A stretch of DNA of 64,000 nt from Candidatus Omnitrophota bacterium (GTDB taxonomy: Bacteria > Omnitrophota > Omnitrophia > Omnitrophales > Aquincolibacteriaceae), in the NCBI GenBank assembly GCA_903884815.1, contig CAISGE010000015.1, positions 22,958 through 86,957 of the forward strand, in the 5' to 3' direction. How positions within the stretch are numbered: position 1 is the stretch's first letter; every line of letters starts with the position of its first letter. The notes beneath the pieces are model-generated. The model worked only from the letters and a program-made list of their open reading frames with translations. It did no database searches and was not told the DNA's origin. Positions 1 to 10,409 of this stretch are shown one piece after another. The translations under genes were made by a program, and so were the position numbers.

Positions 1-1042
1 TTCCGGTCTGTTCTCCCACGAATGTGACGACCGCGAAGGCACCGAGATTCGAGAAGAGATAAGCCAGCAGGTAGATCAAGACCGCGTCTCTTCCGAGAAC
101 CGAGAAGACGGCCAGGCCCATCAGGATATAGCCGGCCTGAGCGATGCTGGAATAAGCAAGGAAGCGCTTGATGTTGGTCTGGGAGACAGCGGTGATATTG
201 CCGATCGTCATGGTCAGGATGGAAAGAATCACAAGGACGGGACTCCAGACACCCTGAAAGTGCCAGAACGCCAGGTCCAGAACGCGTGTCAGGACCGCGA
301 AGCCGAGCGCCTTGGGCGCGACGGTGAGGAAAGCCGTGACGGGCGTGGGGGCGCCTTCATAAACATCCGGAGCCCACATATGGAACGGGGCCATGGAGAT
401 CTTGAAACCCAGACCGACAAAAAAGAAAAGAACGGCCGTAGCCGCAAGCGGCTTGAGTGACGCCGTAAAAAGGGCGTCTCCGATGACCTTGAGTTCCAGG
501 GATCCCGTCGCTCCGAAGAGTAGCGACATGCCGTAAAGCATGATGGCAGAGCAGACGCTCCCGAAAAGTAGATACTTGATCGCCGCTTCCTTGGACTTCG
601 GGTCATTCTTCAGGAAGCCCACAAGCAGATACGAAAGCAGGGAGACGAACTCCACGCCCAGAAAGATCATAAGGAGGTTGTTGGCGGCCGCGACGGTAAT
701 CAGCGCGAACGCCATAAAAAGGAACATGCCGTAGAATTCGCCTTCATAGCGGTTCCGGAGCGGGGTGTAACCCATCGCGAGGAGAAGCGTGATGCCCGTT
801 GCGGTTAGCGCGATGCACCGGAAAAAATAGGTGAAGGTGTCCAGTTCGAACATGCCAAAGAAAAGGGACATGGGTTTGGCCGGGATCTTGGCCAGACACA
901 GCGCGAGCACGAGGACCAGAAGGCAGAATTCACCGACCAGTTTCTTCTGTTTGACGAAGAAATCCAGAGTCAGCGCCGCGAACGCGCCGCCCAGCAAAAC
1001 CAGTTCGGGGATAAAATGTTTCAAGCTTTCGATAGCGTTCAT
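1..1042 (-). CDS. nuoN: NADH-quinone oxidoreductase subunit N (3' end runs off window)
   Basis: Manual translation from ATG at 1042: MNAIESLKHFIPELVLLGG...NNLLMIFLGVEFVSLLSYLLVGFLKNDPKSKEAAIKYLLFGS; follows nuoM. Confidence 0.93.
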   Translation of the reverse strand, partial: MNAIESLKHFIPELVLLGGAFAALTLDFFVKQKKLVGEFCLLVLVLALCLAKIPAKPMSLFFGMFELDTFTYFFRCIALTATGITLLLAMGYTPLRNRYEGEFYGMFLFMAFALITVAAANNLLMIFLGVEFVSLLSYLLVGFLKNDPKSKEAAIKYLLFGSVCSAIMLYGMSLLFGATGSLELKVIGDALFTASLKPLAATAVLFFFVGLGFKISMAPFHMWAPDVYEGAPTPVTAFLTVAPKALGFAVLTRVLDLAFWHFQGVWSPVLVILSILTMTIGNITAVSQTNIKRFLAYSSIAQAGYILMGLAVFSVLGRDAVLIYLLAYLFSNLGAFAVVTFVGEQTG

Positions 1043-1047
1043 TCGTT

Positions 1048-2511
1048 TTAAACTTTCAGGGTTTTAAGAAGCGCATCAAGCGTCGGGATCATGTAGTTCA
1101 GGATCATGCTCGGGTAAACGCCGATTACCACGATGAGCACCATCAGAGGCGCGAGCGTTAGGATTTCGACGAACTTGATATCGGTAAGCGAGGCCCATTT
1201 TGGGTTTAGTTTCCCGAGCAGGACGCGCTGGACCATGTAAAGAAGATAGGCCGCCGCGAGGATGATCCCCAGGGTTGAGAGACCGGTCGCCAGTTTTGAG
1301 TATTGGTAAGAGCCGAGCAGGACCAGAAATTCGCTCACGAATCCGCTTAACGCGGGAAGGCCTAGCGAAGCGAGTGCGAAAAAGGTCAGGATGCCCGCGT
1401 AACCCGGCATCTTGGCGCCGAGGCCGCCGAAGCCGTTCATGTCGCGGCTGTGAGAGCGGTCATAAAGGACGCCGACCAGCAAAAAGAGGCCTCCGGTGAT
1501 AGTGCCGTGCGTGAACATCTGGAGCATGGCGCCGCGAAAGCCATTCGCATTCAGGGCGGCGAGCCCCAGCAGGACAAATCCCATGTGGCTGACGCTGGAG
1601 TAGGCGACCATCTTTTTGAAATCTGTTTGGGCGAGAGCGACGAATCCGCCGTAGACGATGCCGATGATGGCCAGAGTTGCCATGGTCGGTTGGAACCAAT
1701 GCGTGGCTTCAGGGAACAACGGATAGCTGAACCGGAAGAACCCGTAGGTACCCATTTTAAGAAGGATGCCGGCCAGGATCACACTGATCGGGGTCGGGGC
1801 TTCGACGTGGGCGTCGGGAAGCCACGTGTGGAACGGGAAGATCGGGACTTTGACGGCGAAGCCAAGGAAAAACGCCATGAAAACGACCTGTTGGAAGATC
1901 AGGCTCCGGGGCATGCCCACGAGCTGGGTGATGTCGAAGGTGTGCGGGGTGGCGGCAAAATAAACGCTAAGGATGCCGAGCAGCATGAAAAGACCGCCCG
2001 CGAGCGTGAAAAGGAAGAACTTGATCGCGGCATATTCGCGTCTCGGGCCGCCCCAGATACCGATCAGAAAATACATGGGAACGAGCACCACTTCCCATAC
2101 CACGTAAAAGAGAAAGAGGTCGAGTGCCAGGAAGCTTGCCATCATGCCGGTCTCAAGCAAGAGGTAAAGGAAAAAATATTCCTTGTGGCGTTCCTTGATA
2201 CTGCCGGAAGCGAGGCACGCGAGGAGTGAAATGATCGCGGTGAGGCCGACCATGGGAAAACTGATCCCGTCCGTGCCGAGAAGGTACTGGACGTTGAATT
2301 GGGGGATCCAGGAGGTCCGTTCCATCATCTGGAATCCGGAGAGTCCCGGTTGGAAGAGCGTCAGGGCGTGACAAACGAGGCCCAGGACGACCGCGGTGGT
2401 CGCGAGGGCGATCCACTTAATGAGCGGAGCGGAGCTTTTCGGCACGAAAAGAATCGTGAACGCGCCGATGAGCGGCGTAAAGATGATCCAGGACAGGATA
2501 TGAGAAGTCAT
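1048..2511 (-). CDS. nuoM: NADH-quinone oxidoreductase subunit M
   Basis: 487-aa hydrophobic ORF with FYVVWE, HTWLPDAHVEAPT, LLKMGTYG, AYSSVSHMG motifs. Confidence 0.96.
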   Translation of the reverse strand: MTSHILSWIIFTPLIGAFTILFVPKSSAPLIKWIALATTAVVLGLVCHALTLFQPGLSGFQMMERTSWIPQFNVQYLLGTDGISFPMVGLTAIISLLACLASGSIKERHKEYFFLYLLLETGMMASFLALDLFLFYVVWEVVLVPMYFLIGIWGGPRREYAAIKFFLFTLAGGLFMLLGILSVYFAATPHTFDITQLVGMPRSLIFQQVVFMAFFLGFAVKVPIFPFHTWLPDAHVEAPTPISVILAGILLKMGTYGFFRFSYPLFPEATHWFQPTMATLAIIGIVYGGFVALAQTDFKKMVAYSSVSHMGFVLLGLAALNANGFRGAMLQMFTHGTITGGLFLLVGVLYDRSHSRDMNGFGGLGAKMPGYAGILTFFALASLGLPALSGFVSEFLVLLGSYQYSKLATGLSTLGIILAAAYLLYMVQRVLLGKLNPKWASLTDIKFVEILTLAPLMVLIVVIGVYPSMILNYMIPTLDALLKTLKV

Positions 2512-2536
2512 TTAATTCTCCTTTTGAGTGCCATGT

Positions 2537-2629
2537 GTCATTCTGAGGCCTGATTCTTGCTCTCGCAAGAAAGCATCAGGCCGAAGAATCTCATAGCGAG
2601 ATCCTTCGCCCTAAAGGGCTCAGGATGAC
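2537..2629. repeat. Palindromic REP/MITE-like element (GTCATTCTGAG...GAAGAATC...GATCCTTCG...CTCAGGATGAC)
   Basis: Terminal inverted arms plus internal hairpins, in the nuoL-nuoM spacer. Confidence 0.7.
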
Positions 2630-2651
2630 CTGAAATAACAAACTCGCTATT

Positions 2652-4598
2652 TCAGGTCAGTTTCAATTCCAAAATGATAAAAACAAGAAAACCCAGGAAC
2701 GCGAGCAGAAGATAATTCTGCACCACTCCTGTCTGGAAGCGCTTTGTGACCGAATTCAGGAAGTAGACCGCGGTCCCGAGAAAATTCATGAAGCCGTCCA
2801 CGATATAAGTGTCGATCCACTGTTTGACGCCGCTCAGGAACATCGTGACGCTGGCCGTGCCGTTCACGCCGCCGTCGACCACATTCGCGTCAAAGCCGAA
2901 GAGCAGGCGTCCGAGCGCGTGGAAAGGCTTGATGAGATACGTTACGTAGAACTCGTCAAAATAGAATTTGTTAAATGAAAGACGGTAAAAGGAGGGGAAT
3001 TTCTTCGCGACAGCCGGCGCCCAGGTCGTTTTTTTCAGATACATGACAAAGGCGAGCGTGATTCCGAGCACCGCGACGGCGATCGAGCAGGCCATGACCA
3101 CGGCGGAAGGTTCATATTCCGGATAATGGACCATCTCTGCCATGAATTTCTGGAACCAGTGATGCATGAAAGGAGAGCCGGGGATGCCGATCACCACCGA
3201 GCCGACGGCCAGGCACCAAAGGGGCAAGGTCATCAGGGCCGGAGATTCGTGGGCGTGGACGTCGTGATTGCGCGCCTGGCCGAAGAAGGTCAGGAAAATC
3301 AGACGGAACATATAGAACGCGGTCATGAAAGCGGTGAGAAGCAGGACCCCGAAGACCAGATAATTGCCGGAGCCGAACGCCGAGAGCAGGATCTCATCTT
3401 TGGACCAGAAGCCGGAAAGCGGCGGGATACCTGCCAGGGCGAGGCTCGCGATGATGAACGTGACGGCGGTGTGGGGCATCTTCTTGAAAAGGCCGCCCAT
3501 CTCGCGGATATCTTGAACGTGCGTGCCGTGGATCACGCTGCCCGCGCCAAGGAAGAGCAGGGCCTTAAAGAAAGCGTGCGTGATCAAATGGAAGGTGCCG
3601 GCGCCGAGGCCTGAAAGCCCCATGGCGGTCACCATGTAACCGAGTTGGGAGATCGTCGAGTAGGCGAGGACGCGCTTGATGTCGTTTTGGGTCAGCGCGA
3701 TAAAAGCCGCCATGAATGCCGTGATCGTGCCGATCGCGGTGACGATGGGCAGTACGTTCGGGACCAGCATAAAAAGAGAGAAGGAACGTGCCACGAGGAA
3801 AACGCCGGCCGCCACCATGGTCGCGGCATGGATGAGCGCACTGACAGGCGTCGGACCTTCCATGGCGTCGGGAAGCCACACGTGAAGCGGGAATTGCGCC
3901 GACTTGCCGATAGTGCCGCAGAAAATGAAAAGTGCCGCCATCGAGAGTAGCCCGGTGTTTAAGGCCGTATGGCCGACGTGTCCCGCGAGCAGCGTGTTCA
4001 TTTGAGCGAAGTCGAGCGTGCCGATCGCCGTGAAAAGGGTAAGGAAGCCGAGAAGAAAGCCGATGTCACCGACGCGCGTGGTGAGAAATGCTTTCTTGGA
4101 GGCGTTCGCGGCGGAATCCTTCTCGAAATAGAACCCGATCAAAAGATACGAGCAAAGCCCCATGATCTCCCACGCCATGAAAAAGAGCAGGTAGTTATTC
4201 GAGATCACAAGCGTGAGCATGGCGGACATGAAAAGCGAGACGTAAGCAAAGAACCGGCTGAAGCGCGGGTCGCCGTGCATATAGCCGGTGGCGTAAACCT
4301 GGATCAGGGTGCCGACGATCGTGACCATGAAAAGAAGCGTCGCGGACAGAGGATCCATCAGGTAACCGAACTTGAGAGGTGTGGTGCCGAGCATGAGCCA
4401 GGTAAAATCATTGGCGAAATGCGCGCCGCGGAACACCGCCCAACAGATGGGAAGCGCGATCACGCAGGCCACGGTACTCGTGGCCACCGAGAGCCACGCC
4501 GCGCGCTCTTTTAAGAAACGGGCGCCGAAGAAGATATTCACCACAAATGCGATGAAGGGAAGCACCGGAACCCAGATAAGATGATTGGCGGTTACCAT
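2652..4598 (-). CDS. nuoL: NADH-quinone oxidoreductase subunit L
   Basis: 648 aa; RFFAYVSLF, WEIMGLCSYLLIGF, WLPDAMEGPTPVSALIHAATMV, LAYSTISQLGYM. Confidence 0.97.
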   Translation of the reverse strand: MVTANHLIWVPVLPFIAFVVNIFFGARFLKERAAWLSVATSTVACVIALPICWAVFRGAHFANDFTWLMLGTTPLKFGYLMDPLSATLLFMVTIVGTLIQVYATGYMHGDPRFSRFFAYVSLFMSAMLTLVISNNYLLFFMAWEIMGLCSYLLIGFYFEKDSAANASKKAFLTTRVGDIGFLLGFLTLFTAIGTLDFAQMNTLLAGHVGHTALNTGLLSMAALFIFCGTIGKSAQFPLHVWLPDAMEGPTPVSALIHAATMVAAGVFLVARSFSLFMLVPNVLPIVTAIGTITAFMAAFIALTQNDIKRVLAYSTISQLGYMVTAMGLSGLGAGTFHLITHAFFKALLFLGAGSVIHGTHVQDIREMGGLFKKMPHTAVTFIIASLALAGIPPLSGFWSKDEILLSAFGSGNYLVFGVLLLTAFMTAFYMFRLIFLTFFGQARNHDVHAHESPALMTLPLWCLAVGSVVIGIPGSPFMHHWFQKFMAEMVHYPEYEPSAVVMACSIAVAVLGITLAFVMYLKKTTWAPAVAKKFPSFYRLSFNKFYFDEFYVTYLIKPFHALGRLLFGFDANVVDGGVNGTASVTMFLSGVKQWIDTYIVDGFMNFLGTAVYFLNSVTKRFQTGVVQNYLLLAFLGFLVFIILELKLT

Positions 4599-4906
4599 TT
4601 CAGTAAATGAACCTCATCGGCTTGAACAGTTTTGCGGATCCGGTAAAGGGCCAGGACGATCGCGAGGCCCACGGCCGCCGCGGTCGCGGCAAGGGCGATC
4701 ACAAAAAGAGCGAAGATTTGCCCCGTTTCCGGCGAGAGAGACGTGTATTTGGAAAAGGCGATCAGGTTGATATTGGAGGCGTTCACCATGAGCTCGATCG
4801 AGATCAGAATGCCGATGATGTTGCGGCGCACGAGTGCCCCATAGAGACCGATCGCGAAAAGGAGCAAGGAAAAGATCAGAATGTGTTGCAAGGGGATCGC
4901 GATCAT
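4592..4906 (-). CDS. nuoK: NADH-quinone oxidoreductase subunit K
   Basis: 104 aa; RRNIIGILISIELMVNA, GQIFALFVIALAA, VGLAIV. Confidence 0.95.
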   Translation of the reverse strand: MIAIPLQHILIFSLLLFAIGLYGALVRRNIIGILISIELMVNASNINLIAFSKYTSLSPETGQIFALFVIALAATAAAVGLAIVLALYRIRKTVQADEVHLLKW

Positions 4907-5427
4907 GGCCGTTCCTCCGGAGCATCTTTTTTCGCGATGACCACGGTGCCGATCAGCGCCGCGAGGAGAACAATCGAAATGACCTCAAACGGGAACACAT
5001 ATGTTCCCATCAAGGCTTCGCCGAGGCCCATTGCCGAAGTTTTGGCCTTGAGAGCTGCCTCGGTTACCGGCCAGGGCGTCTTCAGGATCAGGGCGATGAG
5101 TGCCGTCACAAATCCCGCGAGGCCCACGATCGCCGGAAGGCTTTGAGCATTGTTCTGGCGGACGGTCTTGCCCGCGAGATGTTCGGTGAGCATGATCGCG
5201 AAGACCACCAGAGTGATCACACCGCCGACATAGAGCAGGATCTGCACCCCGGCGAGGAATTCCGCCTGAAGTGCGATGTAAATGCCGGCCGTCCCGATCA
5301 GCGCCGCCGCGAGACAAAGCGCGCAGTGGAACAAGTTCCGGAACGTGACAACTCCCAGGGCGAAGACAAGGATTGCTGCCATCACGGCATAAATCCCGAA
5401 TTTTGCGCCAAGTTGTAATAGTTCCAT
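4903..5427 (-). CDS. nuoJ: NADH-quinone oxidoreductase subunit J
   Basis: AEFLAGVQILLYVGGV, YVFPFEVISIVLLAALIG. Confidence 0.95.
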   Translation of the reverse strand: MELLQLGAKFGIYAVMAAILVFALGVVTFRNLFHCALCLAAALIGTAGIYIALQAEFLAGVQILLYVGGVITLVVFAIMLTEHLAGKTVRQNNAQSLPAIVGLAGFVTALIALILKTPWPVTEAALKAKTSAMGLGEALMGTYVFPFEVISIVLLAALIGTVVIAKKDAPEERP

Positions 5428-5480
5428 AGCATTTCTTTCTGGAGTTATCCCCGTTTCAAGCGGCGGGGATGACGGTAATA

Positions 5481-6650
5481 CTAATCGGCTAATACGTAAT
5501 TACGTTTTTCTGGGACAAAGACACGATTGAGCTTGACCAGCATATAAAGCATCGCGGCCAGGATCATGATCGAAAAAAGCCATGCCGCGGAAGCCGAAGT
5601 GAACTGCCAGAGCGCTGTCAGCAGAATATTGACCAGCGTCAGCGGCAAAAGGAATTTCCAGGCGAAGGCCATCAAGTGGTCCACGCGAAAGCGGGGGAAC
5701 GTGCCCCGGAACCAGATCATGATACAGATGAGCGCAAGCGTCTTGCCGAAGAACCAGACCCATGACGGAAGGAAGGGACCTTGCCAGCCGCCTAGAAAAA
5801 GGGTCGCGGCGATCCCGCAAAGGGTGAACGCGTTCATGTATTCGGCCATATAAAAGAGCGCGAATTTCATGCCGCTGTATTCCGTGTGAAAACCCGCGAC
5901 GAGTTCGGATTCCGCTTCCGGGAGGTCGAAGGGCGGGCGATTGCACTCAGCGGTGGCGCAAAGGAAAAAGACAATGAATCCCACGATACCCCACGGCGTG
6001 AAGATAAACCAGTTGAGGCCGAAACTTCCGGCCTGGGTCAGGACGATCGTGTTGGTCGAAAGGCTCTGGCTCATCATGATCGCCGGAACGGCGGCCAGGG
6101 TCATGGGGACTTCGTAGGAGATCAACTGCGCGGCGGTGCGCATGCCGCCCAATAGGGAATACTTGTTTCGCGAGGACCAGCTGGCCATAAAGATAGGCAG
6201 AATGGTGATCGAAGAAACGGCAATAAAATAAAGAAAACCAATATTGAGATCGGCGGCCGTCATCTGGCGGCCGAAGGGGACGACGACAAAGATCATAAGG
6301 GCCGGGACCACGGTCATGATCGGGGCGAGGAGATGGATGAGCTTATCCGCGTTCGCGGGCACGATATCTTCTTTCGTGAACATCTTGATGCCGTCGGCGA
6401 TCGGCTGGAGAAGACCCCATATCCCGACGCGGTTCGGGCCGTAGCGGTTCTGGATGCGGCCGATCACTTTGCGTTCGAGAAGCGTCAGATACATCATGAT
6501 CACCGGACCGAGGCAGAGGATCGCGACGCCGCTGATCACGATAGACGCGAGCACGACGATCCAGACCGGCAGGAATTGCCCCAAAAGGGCAAGGATCCAG
6601 GCCTTCGCGGTCACGAAGATCATATCGATGAACGATCCGATGTTTTCCAT
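5481..6650 (-). CDS. nuoH: NADH-quinone oxidoreductase subunit H
   Basis: ERKVIGRIQNRYGPNRVG, QPIADGIK, RPPFDLPEAESELVAGFHTEYSG. Confidence 0.97.
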   Translation of the reverse strand: MENIGSFIDMIFVTAKAWILALLGQFLPVWIVVLASIVISGVAILCLGPVIMMYLTLLERKVIGRIQNRYGPNRVGIWGLLQPIADGIKMFTKEDIVPANADKLIHLLAPIMTVVPALMIFVVVPFGRQMTAADLNIGFLYFIAVSSITILPIFMASWSSRNKYSLLGGMRTAAQLISYEVPMTLAAVPAIMMSQSLSTNTIVLTQAGSFGLNWFIFTPWGIVGFIVFFLCATAECNRPPFDLPEAESELVAGFHTEYSGMKFALFYMAEYMNAFTLCGIAATLFLGGWQGPFLPSWVWFFGKTLALICIMIWFRGTFPRFRVDHLMAFAWKFLLPLTLVNILLTALWQFTSASAAWLFSIMILAAMLYMLVKLNRVFVPEKRNYVLAD

Positions 6651-7210
6651 TATTTTATTTCCTGGGGCGGGGGCGGTGTGGCAGCTGCCTTTTTCTTGTC
6701 TTCCGCGGTTTTCCGTTTTTGATCCACGGCCGCGGCCATTGCCGGACGGATCTTTCTGAAATAATCGTTGGAGCGCGCCAGGGCCTCTTTGCCGCGGATC
6801 AGGCTCCGGGGTCCCGCCTGCGAAGTGATCTCAAAGGTATGGTCCATATAGATCGAATCGAAGGGACAGACCTCTTCGCAGATCCCGCAATTCATGCAGA
6901 GACTGTAATCGATGTCAAAGACGGCGGGCTTTCGCGCGGGCTTTCCGGCCGCGTCGGTGGCCATTTCAATATGAATGCACTTGGGCGGGCATTCCCGCTC
7001 ACAGATCCCGCAGGCCACACAGCGGATCTGGTCCGGCGCGCCGTCATAGACAAGAAAGGGGAGGTTGCGGTAATTCTCGGCTAGCTTTTCGCGCTCTTCG
7101 GGATACTGGACGGTGAAGATGCCGCCATTGTCCCGGTCGCGGTAATAAGAAGTCAGGAAATTCTTGAGCGTGACCATCATGCCTTTGAAAACGCCTGCGC
7201 CGAAAATCAT
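6650..7210 (-). CDS. nuoI: NADH-quinone oxidoreductase subunit I (2x[4Fe-4S])
   Basis: [19 protein letters not shown] and [12 protein letters not shown] motifs. Confidence 0.93.
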   Translation of the reverse strand: MIFGAGVFKGMMVTLKNFLTSYYRDRDNGGIFTVQYPEEREKLAENYRNLPFLVYDGAPDQIRCVACGICERECPPKCIHIEMATDAAGKPARKPAVFDIDYSLCMNCGICEEVCPFDSIYMDHTFEITSQAGPRSLIRGKEALARSNDYFRKIRPAMAAAVDQKRKTAEDKKKAAATPPPPQEIK

Positions 7211-8355
7211 CGGTCCGTCTCCCCGAGCACAATGTCAATGCTCCCCAGGATGATGATGGCATCGGCGATCTTTTGGCCGAGGCACATCTCTTCCAAAACG
7301 GTCAGGTTGATGAGGGACGGGGCGCGCACGTGATAGCGCCAGGGTTGCGGCGTGCCGTCGCTGACGACATAAAACCCGAGCTCGCCTTTGGGGGATTCCA
7401 CGCGGCCATAGGCCTCGCCCACCGGCGGCTTGAAATTGCGCGGCATTTTGATGAAAGGGACTGTCTTTTTGTTCAGGATCTCGCCCTGAGGGATCTTGGC
7501 CAGGGCCTGTTCAAGGATCTTCAGACTTTCGCGAATCTCGAGGATGCGGACATAATACCGGTCGTAGACATCGCCCTTTTTCCCGAGCGGGATCTTGAAA
7601 TCAAAACGGTGGTAAATGCTGTAGCCGTCCACTTTGCGAATGTCGTAATTGACGCCGGAGGCGCGAAGCACCGGGCCCGTGATGCCGGCATTGGTCGCGG
7701 TTTCGGGGGAAAGCACGCCGACATTCTGGCAGCGCATGCAGAGGATCTCATTTTTCGAGAGTAGGGTCTCGAATTCTTCGAGGAAGGCCGGGAATTTCGC
7801 GACGATCTGATGGATCGTCGCGAGGTGGAGCGCCGTAAGATCGCGCTTCACGCCGCCGAAGCGGAAATAATTATTCATGAGGCGCGAGCCGGTGACCTCT
7901 TCAAAAAGGTCGAGGATCCTTTCCCGCTCGCGGAATGCATAAAGAAGCGGCGTGAAAAAAGCGCCGAGGTCATTCAACATAAACCCGATCACGGTGATGT
8001 GGTTCACGATACGGGCGAGTTCCGCCATGATGACGCGGAGATATTCCGCCCGTTCCGGGACTTCGAGGCTGGCGAGCTTTTCGACCGTGAGCGCGTAGCC
8101 AAAGTTATTGGCTAGGGCGTTCACGTAATCCAGCCGGTCCGTATAGGGCATGATCGCCGCATAGGGGAGATTCTCCGCGATCTGTTCGTGATTGCGGTGA
8201 AGGTACCCGAAGATCGGCCTCAGGCCCCGGATCTTTTCGCCCTCGGTCTGCACGATCATGCGGAACACGCCGTGGGTAGACGGATGCTGTGGCCCGAAAT
8301 TGATCTCGAGGATATCCGAGCCGTCTAATTTTTTTGTTTCGATGATATTTGGCAT
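7207..8355 (-). CDS. nuoD: NADH-quinone oxidoreductase subunit D
   Basis: [42 protein letters not shown]; no NiFe CxxC motifs. Confidence 0.96.
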   Translation of the reverse strand: MPNIIETKKLDGSDILEINFGPQHPSTHGVFRMIVQTEGEKIRGLRPIFGYLHRNHEQIAENLPYAAIMPYTDRLDYVNALANNFGYALTVEKLASLEVPERAEYLRVIMAELARIVNHITVIGFMLNDLGAFFTPLLYAFRERERILDLFEEVTGSRLMNNYFRFGGVKRDLTALHLATIHQIVAKFPAFLEEFETLLSKNEILCMRCQNVGVLSPETATNAGITGPVLRASGVNYDIRKVDGYSIYHRFDFKIPLGKKGDVYDRYYVRILEIRESLKILEQALAKIPQGEILNKKTVPFIKMPRNFKPPVGEAYGRVESPKGELGFYVVSDGTPQPWRYHVRAPSLINLTVLEEMCLGQKIADAIIILGSIDIVLGETDR

Positions 8356-8385
8356 AATTTATCTAAGAAATTAACGCTTCCTTGG

Positions 8386-8462
8386 GCACAACGCGCAACG
8401 GTCAACGTTCAACGTCAGGACTCAAATTAAGTACGTTGTGCGTTGCGCGTAGTGCGTTGTGC
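8386..8462. repeat. Heptamer-periodic inverted repeat (NNNCAAC)x4 / (GTTGNNN)x4
   Basis: gcacaac gcgcaac ggtcaac gttcaac ... gttgtgc gttgcgc gtagtgc gttgtgc between nuoC and nuoD. Confidence 0.8.
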
Positions 8463-9049
8463 TAGTTTCTTGGTTTTTCCGGCTTTCCAACCAAAGCCCG
8501 TTTTCCTGCAGCGGCGAGTTCTGCCGCTTTTGCCTTCATGTCCTCCGGGATCGCGATCCCCCTGGAGGCTAGCCATGTGATGTCCGCAGCTTCCAGGACG
8601 TCCACATCCTCCTGCTGATAATCTTTGCGCAAAGGGTAGCCTTCGAATCCTTCCCACATGAACAGGCGGCGTGGGTCGGGATGACCTTTATAAATGATGC
8701 CGAAGGTGTCAAAGGCTTCGCGTTCCTGGAGGTTCGCGCTACGGTAAATTGGTACAAGCGACGGGATCTCCGGGTGATTCTTGGGAACGCGGACGCGCAG
8801 CGTGAGGGGCCCACGCTTCAGGGCCATTGAATAAAGGTGATAAACCGATTCCAGAGAGTCCAGATAATCCGCGCCGGTCACCGAGGAAAGATAGTCCAGC
8901 CGGAATTTCGGACTTTGCTTCAGGAAAAGGGCGACGCGCGGCAGATCCTTCGGGTTCTCGAGCAGAAGGGAATTCAGGACGCGGCGGAGTTTCACGTCCG
9001 GCAGTCCCGCATGGAGTTCTTTTTGAACTTCTTCCATAAAGAGAGGCAT
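8462..9049 (-). CDS. nuoC: NADH-quinone oxidoreductase subunit C
   Basis: LDYLSSVTGADY, QEREAFDTFGI, GHPDPRRL, GYPLRKDY; start set just after the nuoB stop. Confidence 0.93.
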   Translation of the reverse strand: MPLFMEEVQKELHAGLPDVKLRRVLNSLLLENPKDLPRVALFLKQSPKFRLDYLSSVTGADYLDSLESVYHLYSMALKRGPLTLRVRVPKNHPEIPSLVPIYRSANLQEREAFDTFGIIYKGHPDPRRLFMWEGFEGYPLRKDYQQEDVDVLEAADITWLASRGIAIPEDMKAKAAELAAAGKRALVGKPEKPRN

Positions 9050-9050
9050 G

Positions 9051-9779
9051 TTAGACGGCTCCCGGAGCGGCGGGCTTGACGGCGGCCGCATGTTCAAGGT
9101 CCGGGGCTTTCAGTTTCTTCCCGATGAGTATCGTGGCACCGTAATGCTCCCGGCGTGGGTCCTTCTTTGCAGGCTGCCACACCTCGGGATTGAATTTCGG
9201 AACGAGCCCATGAGGTCCAAGCTCAGGGATCGGAAATTCCCGCTTGAGGCCCTTTTGATACCATTCTGCTTTCAGAATCTCCTGGGATGCGATCTTTTTT
9301 TGAAGTTCCATGAGTCCGTGAAGCAGCGCCTCGGGCCGCGGGGGACACCCGGGCAAATGAACGTCGACGGGGATGTAGCGGTCGATCCCGCGAAGGACAT
9401 TGTAACCGTCAATAAAAGGACCGCCGGAAATCGCGCAGGCGCCCATGGTAAGAACATATTTTGGTTCGGGCATCTGATTGAAGAGGCGGACGACCTGAGG
9501 AGCCATCTTTTTGGTGACGGTTCCGGAAATGATCATGAGGTCGGCCTGGCGGGGTGAGGCACGGAAGAGCTCGGCGCCGAAGCGGGCAATATCGTAACGG
9601 GCGCAGGCCGCCGCGATCATCTCGAACGCACAGCAGGCCAGCCCGAACTGCATGGGCCATACGGACGATCGGCGTCCCCAATTGTAGAGGAAATCGAGCG
9701 ACGTCCAGATCACGCCTTTTGAGGCGAGTTCGGCGCGCAGCGTTTCATCGACTTCGGTCTTATTTTCTGTGAAGGCCAT
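9051..9779 (-). CDS. nuoB: NADH-quinone oxidoreductase subunit B
   Basis: [37 protein letters not shown]. Confidence 0.97.
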   Translation of the reverse strand: MAFTENKTEVDETLRAELASKGVIWTSLDFLYNWGRRSSVWPMQFGLACCAFEMIAAACARYDIARFGAELFRASPRQADLMIISGTVTKKMAPQVVRLFNQMPEPKYVLTMGACAISGGPFIDGYNVLRGIDRYIPVDVHLPGCPPRPEALLHGLMELQKKIASQEILKAEWYQKGLKREFPIPELGPHGLVPKFNPEVWQPAKKDPRREHYGATILIGKKLKAPDLEHAAAVKPAAPGAV

Positions 9780-9861
9780 TTTTAGTAAGGAGTCTTGAGT
9801 ACGGAGTACGGCGTTTTTTCGTTGCGCGGACCGCCGGTCGCCTTACGCCGTACGAGGTTCA

Positions 9862-10233
9862 TTAATCCCACTCGAGCATTTTCTTTTTCCAGGCGTAGAT
9901 CAGGCCGAACGCGAGGATGGCTATAAAAAGGGCCATTTCCACGAAAGCAAAGAGCCCCAGGCGTTTGAAGGCCACGGCCCAGGGATAGATAAAGATTGTT
10001 TCAATGTCAAAAATGACGAAGATCAGGGCGTAAAGGTAATACTGGACGTGATACTGCATCCAGGGATCACCTTTGGAGGCCAGACCGCACTCATAAGTCG
10101 CCTGTTTGTCGGACGAGGGCTTCTTTGGGGCCATAAGCCAGGCCAATGCCAGAGGCGCAACGGCGAAGATCAGGGCAAAAATGAAAAAAAGGCCCACAAA
10201 TAGGTACTGATAGGAATAGGAGGCACTCGACAT
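9862..10233 (-). CDS. nuoA: NADH-quinone oxidoreductase subunit A
   Basis: YECG, YYLYALIFVIFDIE, YAWKKKMLEW. Confidence 0.96.
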   Translation of the reverse strand: MSSASYSYQYLFVGLFFIFALIFAVAPLALAWLMAPKKPSSDKQATYECGLASKGDPWMQYHVQYYLYALIFVIFDIETIFIYPWAVAFKRLGLFAFVEMALFIAILAFGLIYAWKKKMLEWD

Positions 10234-10409
10234 AGGGCGGGATTATAGGCAAATCCAGGTCGGGTGTCCAGCAAAGAGGCGGTGCCTGGCCAAGCGGGAA
10301 ACGTGGAACCGGGAACGTTGAACGTTTAAAAGGACGGAAAAGGGGACTGTCCCCGTTTTACTTTGTTGATTTGTTTTCCGTTTGTCGTTACCCGTTCCCC
10401 GGTTTTAAT

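Noticed and set aside
7207-9779. Group 4 NiFe hydrogenase
   Set aside because: The large subunit lacks both CxxC Ni-binding motifs, and NuoB has the tandem CC of complex I.
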